34,223 bases of DNA, from the IMG/VR virus record IMGVR_UViG_3300037465_000255, positions 1 to 34,223 of that record. One strand, written 5' to 3'. The DNA comes from a virus (lineage: Duplodnaviria > Caudoviricetes). Shown here piece after piece: positions 27,795 to 34,223 of this stretch. Positions within the stretch are counted from its first letter, which is position 1. The number at the start of each line of letters is the position of its first letter. Below the pieces are notes generated by a model that was not told where the DNA came from, ran no database searches, and saw nothing but the letters and a program-made list of their open reading frames with translations. Position numbers and translations under genes: made by a program.

Positions 27795-28100
27795 TCAATT
27801 GTCCACGTTCGCCACGCCGGCCAGGCCGTTCCAGATTGCCGACAGCCGGTTGTCGATGTCCGTGTCGGTCGATGCCGGAGTAATCGCTCCGCCGGCCACG
27901 CAGGCAAACATGAACCGTTCCAGTTCGGCCAGCCCGCCATCGGCGAGCACCTTCTCGCCGAGCGCGTGCCTTTTCATGCCGAGCGTGGCGTTCGTCCACG
28001 CTTCGCCGACGATGAGCGTCGCGGTCCGCACCATCGCCACGCGAACCCTCTTTTGCAGCGCCTCGTCGTTGGCGTTAGTCCAGTCGGTGTCGTAAGGCAC
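27795..28100 (-). CDS. Hypothetical protein
   Basis: 101 aa; AAGGGAG RBS. Confidence 0.6.
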   Translation of the reverse strand: MPYDTDWTNANDEALQKRVRVAMVRTATLIVGEAWTNATLGMKRHALGEKVLADGGLAELERFMFACVAGGAITPASTDTDIDNRLSAIWNGLAGVANVDN

Positions 28101-28596
28101 GGCGCGCTCCCTTTTCCATTGGCCGCAGATAAATGAACACGCTTATTTCGCCGCCGCCGGCGAGCCCAGCCTGACGCACGACGACGCCCTCGCCCGACCA
28201 GAGGACGATCGGGTCGATGCCGCGCGGCGGATCGGCCTGGAACAACTCGTCCTTGGATGCTCCCACTGCAGTGCCAGTTTCCTCGACCGACACGGCGATC
28301 CCGGCCAGTTCCGTCTCAGCCGCCGGCGAGAGCGTTACGTTCGCTTGGACCTGCAACGAGGACGGAACCGGCCGGCCGCGGTTATTCGACTTGCGGACGA
28401 CCGCCGGCGTGCCGCCGGTTCCGAGCCCCGTCGTGCGGTGGAGGTAGTGCGTCGTGCCGGTGCCAGTGACGGTTGCGTCGTAGTGCGGGATGACCTCGAC
28501 GCGCCAAATCTCCAGCGGATCGCCGCCATTGTTGAACAGCGACAGGTGATTCTTGTTCGCGGCGGTCGCCGAATCTCGGACGGCTGCGATCAGCAT
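28075..28596 (-). CDS. Hypothetical virion structural protein
   Basis: MLIAAVRDS start after GGAGG, TAATG coupling; Thr/Gly-rich. Confidence 0.6.
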   Translation of the reverse strand: MLIAAVRDSATAANKNHLSLFNNGGDPLEIWRVEVIPHYDATVTGTGTTHYLHRTTGLGTGGTPAVVRKSNNRGRPVPSSLQVQANVTLSPAAETELAGIAVSVEETGTAVGASKDELFQADPPRGIDPIVLWSGEGVVVRQAGLAGGGEISVFIYLRPMEKGARRALRHRLD

Positions 28597-28856
28597 TACG
28601 CATTCCTCCCGCCCATCGCCGCGATCAGGCCGGACACCTGCCGTTCGAACTCGGCGAGCTTGGTCTGTTCCGCCTTGATCCGCTCGGCCAGCGCTTGTTC
28701 GCGCTCGACCAACGGCGCCATTTCCGCGATGAGCGCGTCGCGCTCCTGGCGCAGCGGCAGCACGTGCAGTTCGTTGAAGGCGTCGCGCTCGGCTTTGATC
28801 CGCTCGTACTCGGCGAAAAGCCGCGGGTGGCGCTCGCGCATTTCGGTCAGCGTCAT
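28596..28856 (-). CDS. Small coiled-coil protein
   Basis: MTLTEMRERH, AAGGAG RBS, heptad Glu/Arg/Leu pattern. Confidence 0.6.
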   Translation of the reverse strand: MTLTEMRERHPRLFAEYERIKAERDAFNELHVLPLRQERDALIAEMAPLVEREQALAERIKAEQTKLAEFERQVSGLIAAMGGRNA

Positions 28857-29077
28857 GTGATCGGCTCCTTCTGCCCTTCGCGGAAACCCCGGCACCACGT
28901 CTGCACGGCCCCAAAGGCGCCGGCGTGGTGCTCGCAATGCTCGGCCAGAACAAACGCCTGCACCGTGATCGTCGGCTCGTCCGGCCGCGGCACGCGCATC
29001 CAGTACACCTTTTTCGTTTCGGGGTGCCACTCGAAACGAAACTGCGGCAGGTTCGGGTTGTGGATGACGTGGATCAT
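28853..29077 (-). CDS. Hypothetical protein
   Basis: MIHVIHNPNLPQFRFEWHPETKKVY; ATGA coupling downstream. Confidence 0.55.
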   Translation of the reverse strand: MIHVIHNPNLPQFRFEWHPETKKVYWMRVPRPDEPTITVQAFVLAEHCEHHAGAFGAVQTWCRGFREGQKEPIT

Positions 29078-29344
29078 GCGACCTAGAATGCTCCCATGAC
29101 TCCGACGCTTGAAATCAACCCGGCCACGGTGGCCGCACTGTTTGAGGACGGCAACGAGTTGCCGATTCCGTCCGTACCATTGCGGCTTCCCGCTTCCACC
29201 CAATTCGCCGCGGAGAACGGCCAGGCCATTTCGCTCAGATTCGTTTTCGGCAGCCGTCCGGGGTTGCCGTGTTCCAGTTGATCGATCGATTCCCTCACCC
29301 GAAGTTACTGCTCGCCGGCGAGACGATTGAGATTCTGCTCGACC

Positions 29345-29761
29345 TTACGCGATCGTCAGGAAGCTCGCCCCCTGGTCGAATGTGAACGTCTCGCCATCCG
29401 CGAGCGTGACGTTGCCGCCGTAGTCCCACCAGGCGATCAGCGGGTCCGCCGGCGACGTCGGCGTGTCGTTGTAGGCGACGACGTAGCGGAACGTGGCCAC
29501 GCTGCCGCCGCTCGCCGTCAGGACCAGGTCGCTGACCACGAGCGAATACGTGCCGGACGTCTGCGAGCTGGCGCTGACCGTCAGCACGCGGCTCGACAGG
29601 TTCGTGTAGCTGATTTGGGTGAGGTCCGCGAGGACGGAGTTGCCGGCGACCGGCGCGTTGGCCGCTGCTGTGAGCGCGAGCGTCAGCGTGTCGGCGCCGA
29701 GGTTGTGGACCTTCTCGGCGATGTGCTCGACGAACGCGTTGATTTTGTTGTAGGTCGCCAT
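29345..29761 (-). CDS. Phage structural protein (tail-fiber-associated family)
   Basis: MATYNKINAFVE...FRYVVAYNDT...LIAWWDYG...LADGETFT; GAGGA RBS. Confidence 0.7.
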   Translation of the reverse strand: MATYNKINAFVEHIAEKVHNLGADTLTLALTAAANAPVAGNSVLADLTQISYTNLSSRVLTVSASSQTSGTYSLVVSDLVLTASGGSVATFRYVVAYNDTPTSPADPLIAWWDYGGNVTLADGETFTFDQGASFLTIA

Positions 29762-29769
29762 CGCATTCC

Positions 29770-30003
29770 TCACGCCTTGGTGTCGACGTCTCGGCCGCCG
29801 CCGAGGCGCAGCCGGATCACCTGCCGTTGCTCGGCGATCGCCCGCAGCTCTCTGACCTCGGCCCGCAGCTCGAGCAAGTGCTCGCCGAACAGGTCGATGA
29901 TCTTGACCAGGTCGCCGATCGCCGCCTGCTGATCGGCCAGGGCGGCGAGCAGTTCGCCGGTGCGATCCCTGGGCTGGACGGTATCTCGTTTGCGTCCGAG
30001 CAT
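29770..30003 (-). CDS. Small coiled-coil hypothetical protein
   Basis: TGATG coupling, amphipathic helix. Confidence 0.5.
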   Translation of the reverse strand: MLGRKRDTVQPRDRTGELLAALADQQAAIGDLVKIIDLFGEHLLELRAEVRELRAIAEQRQVIRLRLGGGRDVDTKA

Positions 30004-30203
30004 CACGGCGTCTCTCCACGGAGCCATCGTTCGGCGAAGGCGAGCGCCTGGGCGAGTGTGCGGAAGCGCCGGCCGGTTCGCCAGTGGAACATGCGGCGGA
30101 CGACGTAGCGCGGGCCGTCCGCCGTTGGCTCGCAGGTGATCCGCACGCGGCGGTGGCCGGCGGCCAGATCGGCGGGCAGCGCGATCTCTTCGGCGGGCGC
30201 CAT
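30003..30203 (-). CDS. Hypothetical protein
   Basis: 66 aa, AAGGTGG RBS. Confidence 0.45.
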   Translation of the reverse strand: MAPAEEIALPADLAAGHRRVRITCEPTADGPRYVVRRMFHWRTGRRFRTLAQALAFAERWLRGETP

Positions 30204-30249
30204 GAGTCCACCTTCCGGACCGGGAATTATCGGCCCCGGCCCAGGCCGG

Positions 30250-30507
30250 TTAGTTTTGCGCCTTGGTCCAGCTCACCGCGTATTCCTTGGCCGAGCGGTA
30301 GAACTTGACGATCCAGGTCTCGTCGCCGATCTGCGTGACGAACGCGGCGGAGCCGCCGACGATGAGCTTGAGTTCGCGGCCGATCCGCTCGACTTCCTTG
30401 AGGTACGCCGCGCGCATCTTCTCGAACTTGACCGCCTCGGTCTTGGCCAGCTCGCGTTGAGCGACCATTGCCGAGCGCATGGCGGTAAACGCGTTGATGT
30501 CGGGCAT
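30250..30507 (-). CDS. Hypothetical protein
   Basis: MPDINAF start, GAGGAG RBS, TGATG coupling. Confidence 0.6.
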   Translation of the reverse strand: MPDINAFTAMRSAMVAQRELAKTEAVKFEKMRAAYLKEVERIGRELKLIVGGSAAFVTQIGDETWIVKFYRSAKEYAVSWTKAQN

Positions 30508-30854
30508 CACGAGGCTCCTCTTTCGACGTCGGCGAAGACCGCGGCGATCGTCTCGTCGCGATCGGTCAGTAAGCGGCGCTCGATCTCGTCGGCCAGCCCG
30601 GCGCGCTGGCTGCGGGGCACGCCGGCGCGGCGGGCCTGCCAGCGCACGCGGCCGCGAAACAGGCCGCGCTGGTTTTTCGCGAACACGCGCAGCCCGGCCG
30701 GCGTTGGGTCGACGTCGCGGCAGGCGGCCCACGCCTGCAGCAACAGCGACAGGACGGTGACGATCGTCGCCGGATCGACGCCGGCCTTCGCCCCGACCTC
30801 CGCCGCCATGACGCGCGCCGGCGTCAGCGCTTCCTTGGGTGCTTGAGCGCCCAT
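30507..30854 (-). CDS. Hypothetical membrane protein
   Basis: GVDPATIVTVLSLLLQAWAAC hydrophobic segment followed by basic region. Confidence 0.55.
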   Translation of the reverse strand: MGAQAPKEALTPARVMAAEVGAKAGVDPATIVTVLSLLLQAWAACRDVDPTPAGLRVFAKNQRGLFRGRVRWQARRAGVPRSQRAGLADEIERRLLTDRDETIAAVFADVERGAS

Positions 30855-31021
30855 AATTCGTCCCACTTCTCGCGCACGGCCTCGGCGAAAATGAGCACGA
30901 CCTCGTCGTCGTCCTCACTCGCGGTGATCAGGGCTGCGCTGTTCAGCAGCGCGAGATAGTTCTCGCGCTTGCGGACGGCCTTGCGGTAACGCGGGTCGCT
31001 GCGATCGATGTCCACGCTCAT
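30824..31021 (-). CDS. Hypothetical protein
   Basis: GGGAG RBS, MSVDIDRSDPRY. Confidence 0.55.
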   Translation of the reverse strand: MSVDIDRSDPRYRKAVRKRENYLALLNSAALITASEDDDEVVLIFAEAVREKWDELWALKHPRKR

Positions 31022-31060
31022 GGCAATCACTCCCACACACGGCGGGCGAATCGGTCAAGG

Positions 31061-31843
31061 TCAGCCGCCGGTAAAACACTCGGCAGCGCTGTAGTACACG
31101 GCCGTCGCCGGCGGCGCTCTTGCCGCCGGCAACGCCTCGTAGCCGACGATCTGGTAGCTCGCCGGCGGTCCGGATTGCGAGGGGACCCAGGCGCTGCCGT
31201 TCCAGGCGAGCCAGCCGGTCGCGCTTGGCTTGTAGAACGGCGCCCGGCTGAGGTCCTCGCCGATGCCGGCGTCGCCGCGCTTGGGCGGCTCGTAGGGCTT
31301 GGCCCAGGCGCGCTTAATCCGGTCGGCGGCCGCCGCGTCGATCTTCTCGGGCCGCAGCCAGTATTCGATGCCATCCCCGCCGCGGATCATGATGCCCGGC
31401 GAGCGGTCGCCGCGCCAGACCGGCACGTGCACGTGCACGGCGGATGCAAGCGCCAGGCGCAGCTCGGGGTAATCGGTGCACTCGAGGCCGCACCAGACGA
31501 CCATGCGCTTGCCGGTCTGTTCGGCCGCCTTGGCGGCGGCGGCGTAGTCGGTGTGGCAGTCGAGCTGGTGCGCCTTGGCCGCTTCGCGCTGGCGCTTGGC
31601 CTTGGCGAGCGCGAGGGCGGCGCGGGCTTTCGATTCGTCTTCGGCCACTTCGCCCACCTGGCCGCGGGCCGCGCGGACGCCGAAGGCAAGAAGCAGGACA
31701 AAACCCAAGACAAGTCCGAGCGCGAACATCAGTAAGCGGCCGCTCGGCCGATAGCGCACCCGACTTTGCAGCACTACGAATTGCCCGCGCTCATGGGGCA
31801 AGTGCGCGAATTGCCCGCGCTCATGGGGCAAGTGCGAAAACAT
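31061..31843 (-). CDS. Membrane-anchored thioredoxin-like fold protein
   Basis: AAGGAGG RBS; TM helix; DYAAAAKAAEQTGKRMVVWCGLEC resembles thioredoxin-like domains but has no canonical CxxC. Confidence 0.55.
   Translation of the reverse strand: MFSHLPHERGQFAHLPHERGQFVVLQSRVRYRPSGRLLMFALGLVLGFVLLLAFGVRAARGQVGEVAEDESKARAALALAKAKRQREAAKAHQLDCHTDYAAAAKAAEQTGKRMVVWCGLECTDYPELRLALASAVHVHVPVWRGDRSPGIMIRGGDGIEYWLRPEKIDAAAADRIKRAWAKPYEPPKRGDAGIGEDLSRAPFYKPSATGWLAWNGSAWVPSQSGPPASYQIVGYEALPAARAPPATAVYYSAAECFTGG
31777..31836. repeat. Exact 30-bp tandem duplication
   Basis: cgaattgcccgcgctcatggggcaagtgcg twice; gives HLPHERGQF twice. Confidence 0.95.
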
Positions 31844-33023
31844 GGTCCACCTCCTTGAATGGGCGAGGTTGTGCGACGATCCAGTCGTCGGGGTTGATCT
31901 TGCGGCGGCGGAAGCCGTCGACGTCGGTCACCGCGTAGCTGTCGCTCTGGCGCAGCATGCGATCGACGACGCTGGCCTCCGCCCAGAACGAGCCGGGCGG
32001 AATGTCCTGGAACTTGCCGGTCGGTCCGCTCACCCAGCGCTCGCCCCAGGAGTTGACGATCAAAAAACCTTTGCGATCGCCGCGATAGCCGGCGATGCAC
32101 ATGCAGTGCATCCATTTGCCGCGCGGCTGCAGGAAACCCTCCTGGTCGCGCTGATTCGCGAAGCCCTGATCGGAGCAGACGAAGATCGCGTAGCCTTGCT
32201 GCAGCGCCTCGCGGGCGGCGTTGGCCGAGGTGACCAGCGTGGACGTGTAGGGGTTTTCCTGACACAGCTTGACCGCATCGGGCGGCACGCCGCGATCGCC
32301 CCACTGCCGGCAGCGCTGCACGGAGTACGGGCCGTAGCTGCCGATCGGCAGAGCGCCGCCGACGCCCTTCCGGCCCCATTTGGCAGCTCGAGCGCCCGTC
32401 GAGCCATCGCCGCCGCGGATCGGATTGCGCGGGTCGGCGTTGATCCGGCTGCCGCCGTAGATCGCTTCGCGGACGGTGAGCGCGAACTGCTGCGGCGGCC
32501 CGCGCTTGCCGTGGATCTTCGCTGCCAGGGACAGTTCGTTGGCGAGAGCCGTGCCGAACGAGACGCAGGAGCCGATCTGGCCCTGGTCGTGCGCGGGGAT
32601 CGGCTGGCCGGCGACCTTCGTGTACAGCCGCCAGACCGGCGCATCGTCGTCTGGGCCGGCGCCGAAGCCGGCGGCATCCGTCATTTCCCAGCGCGGCTCT
32701 GTGAGCAGCGCCTGGACGCCACTGATCTCGTCCTCGGTGGGCGCGACCCAACCCGTGAAGCGCACCTTGACGCCGCGGCGTTCGAGTTCGTCGAGTTCGG
32801 CCTGGTCGATCTCCGTGCCGGCCGGGATCACCAGGAATAGATCGGCCGGATCTGGAATCGGGATCGGCCTGCGGTCGGGATCGACGAGGCCCGACAACCA
32901 GTTGACCAGCGTGATGATGCCGCAGAGGACGATCCACGCGACGATCTTGCGCCAGTTGGTCGGCAGGAAGTCTTCCCACCATTTCGCGGTCCGCGGCGTC
33001 GGCTCGGGGTCAGGCATCGGCAT
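31821..33023 (-). CDS. Papain-like (C1) cysteine peptidase with N-terminal membrane anchor
   Basis: DQGQIGSCVSFG (Gln, Cys), WMHCMCIAGY (His), IVNSWG (Asn); TM IVAWIVLCGIITLVNWL. Confidence 0.88.
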   Translation of the reverse strand: MPMPDPEPTPRTAKWWEDFLPTNWRKIVAWIVLCGIITLVNWLSGLVDPDRRPIPIPDPADLFLVIPAGTEIDQAELDELERRGVKVRFTGWVAPTEDEISGVQALLTEPRWEMTDAAGFGAGPDDDAPVWRLYTKVAGQPIPAHDQGQIGSCVSFGTALANELSLAAKIHGKRGPPQQFALTVREAIYGGSRINADPRNPIRGGDGSTGARAAKWGRKGVGGALPIGSYGPYSVQRCRQWGDRGVPPDAVKLCQENPYTSTLVTSANAAREALQQGYAIFVCSDQGFANQRDQEGFLQPRGKWMHCMCIAGYRGDRKGFLIVNSWGERWVSGPTGKFQDIPPGSFWAEASVVDRMLRQSDSYAVTDVDGFRRRKINPDDWIVAQPRPFKEVDHVFALAP

Positions 33024-33186
33024 CGAACTCCTCGAAGTTGTCGGCTCGCTCCGCCTCCAAGCTCTCGTCTGTCGTCAGCACGGCGGTCAGGGCCACGGCG
33101 GCGACCAGGAGAAACAGGAACACGCAGGCCTGGAGTGTGGTCATGTCGTTGATCGCCTGGCCAGCGGTCGGAATGTCAACTCTCAC
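33010..33186 (-). CDS. Small single-TM protein
   Basis: GTGA coupling; LQACVFLFLLVAAVALTAVL then acidic tail. Confidence 0.5.
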   Translation of the reverse strand: MRVDIPTAGQAINDMTTLQACVFLFLLVAAVALTAVLTTDESLEAERADNFEEFDADA

Positions 33187-33929
33187 CGTTTCGCCTCCAC
33201 GCTCAGGGCGCTCGCCAGCCGCGTGAACAGGTCGACCAACTTGGTCTTGAGCGGCTGGTCGATCTTCCGCTCCGGGTCCTCGCCGGCGATCGCCGCCACT
33301 TCCTGGCCGGCCAGGCGCCGCGTTCCCGCGATCGCGTCCGCCGGCAGCACGGCCGGGATCGCGTTGCGATAATCGGCGAGCAAGTCGCCCACGGTGGCGG
33401 TCTGGTCGGCCGCCACGTGTTTGGCCATCGCCGCGTAGAAGCCGGCGAGCGCCGCGGCCCATTCGCGCTTCTGCGCCGGCGTGCCCGGATCCGCCGCCAG
33501 AGCTTCCCGGATCCGCCTGGCAATCGGATCCGTTGGCTCCGGCGGCGGAGTTGGTCCTGGGCCTGGTCCCGGCCCGGGCGGGGGCGCGTCCCCCTCCACG
33601 GTGACCCGGAACTCCACGATCTCCGAAGGCACGTCCGCCTTGGCGGTCACCGCGTGCACGCGGTAGACGCCGGGCCGGCAGCTCGTCGCCAGCGCCGTCT
33701 TCGCATCGCGCAGGGCCAGCTCCGGCGGCGCGATGCGGATGCCGGCGTCGAGCGCCTTCCAGCGGACGATCTTGCCGTCCGTCTCGGCCCGGAGGACGAT
33801 CCAGTCGCCGGCGATCGCCCGCACATCGGCCACGCGGATCGCCGGCGGCGGGTCCTGGGCCCGAGCCGGCGCACAGAGCGCGAAGCCGCAAACGGCGAGG
33901 GCGGGGAACAGGCGCATGCACCGGCTCAC
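33183..33929 (-). CDS. Secreted protein with Ig-like N-domain, Pro/Gly linker and helical C-domain
   Basis: Signal peptide ending ARA-Q; PGVYRV; PPPGPGPGPGPTPPPEP linker. Confidence 0.7.
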   Translation of the reverse strand: MSRCMRLFPALAVCGFALCAPARAQDPPPAIRVADVRAIAGDWIVLRAETDGKIVRWKALDAGIRIAPPELALRDAKTALATSCRPGVYRVHAVTAKADVPSEIVEFRVTVEGDAPPPGPGPGPGPTPPPEPTDPIARRIREALAADPGTPAQKREWAAALAGFYAAMAKHVAADQTATVGDLLADYRNAIPAVLPADAIAGTRRLAGQEVAAIAGEDPERKIDQPLKTKLVDLFTRLASALSVEAKR

Positions 33930-34223
33930 TCGATGGGCTCGATCGATTCGACGATCAGGTACTTCCAGCGGCCGCCGGCGGCGATGCGCCCCGTGACGCG
34001 CGCCTTGCCGTTCGATCCGTCCTCGCCGATGATCGCCGCTTTGCGCTCGAGCGCGGCGCTGGGGAAGACGAGCCAGTAACTGACGAAGGTGGCGCCGTCT
34101 TCGTCCTGGGTCGTGACTTCGAGTCTTGGGCCGGTCAGGTCGAGCTCGCCGGCGAGCACGTCCGCCGCCTTCTTGGGCGCTGGGGCAGCGCCGAGTTCGA
34201 CGGCGAGGACGAGGGCGGCCAGG
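33926..34223 (-). CDS. Secreted hypothetical protein, 5' end beyond the window (start preserved at 17714)
   Basis: Open to window end; N-terminal DNA identical to 17734-17839. Confidence 0.7.
   Translation of the reverse strand, partial: LAALVLAVELGAAPAPKKAADVLAGELDLTGPRLEVTTQDEDGATFVSYWLVFPSAALERKAAIIGEDGSNGKARVTGRIAAGGRWKYLIVESIEPIE

Larger units (their letters stand above)
1..34223. mobile_element. Temperate siphophage/prophage (lambda-like head module), probable Planctomycetota host; partial genome
   Basis: Terminase-portal-protease/capsid-tail-tape measure synteny, tyrosine integrase and excisionase-like genes, no sheath gene, no host housekeeping genes. Confidence 0.95.

Noticed and set aside
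29083-29298. 71-aa ORF as a real gene
   Set aside because: Atypical composition and no motif; cannot be supported, may be intergenic
25039-33372. Long plus-strand ORFs (25039-27189, 27099-28136, 31842-32840, 32476-33372)
   Set aside because: Antisense shadows of the coupled minus-strand operon

Overview
The window is most of a high-GC, lambda-like temperate siphophage or prophage, probably infecting a Planctomycete (inferred from a TIGR02996-like domain and the style of the head and tail genes). Bases 1-17.8 kb (+) carry a GNAT C-terminus, ASCH, terminase, gpW-like protein, portal, an S49 protease-major capsid fusion, two DUF2190-like paralogs, head-tail and tail genes, tape measure, tail-tip genes and a Zn-ribbon gene. 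Bases 24.6-34.2 kb (-) carry the rest of the late region: secreted and membrane proteins, a papain-like C1 protease, a thioredoxin-like protein, a LamG protein with 22-aa repeats and small virion genes. Bases 18.1-24.7 kb carry the lysogeny/early region: a frameshifted tyrosine integrase, two excisionase-type HTH genes, a TIGR02996-multi-Zn-finger gene and a degenerate tRNA-like element. The two halves join through a mosaic at 17734-18074 built from exact copies of three other parts of the window (window end inverted, 153 bp of portal, 82 bp inverted). So 18075-34223 is inverted relative to the natural gene order, most likely an assembly or library chimera, though a real rearrangement is possible. 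No recognisable peptidoglycan endolysin, replication genes, CRISPR or reverse transcriptase were seen. All family calls come from motif recognition, not database searches.
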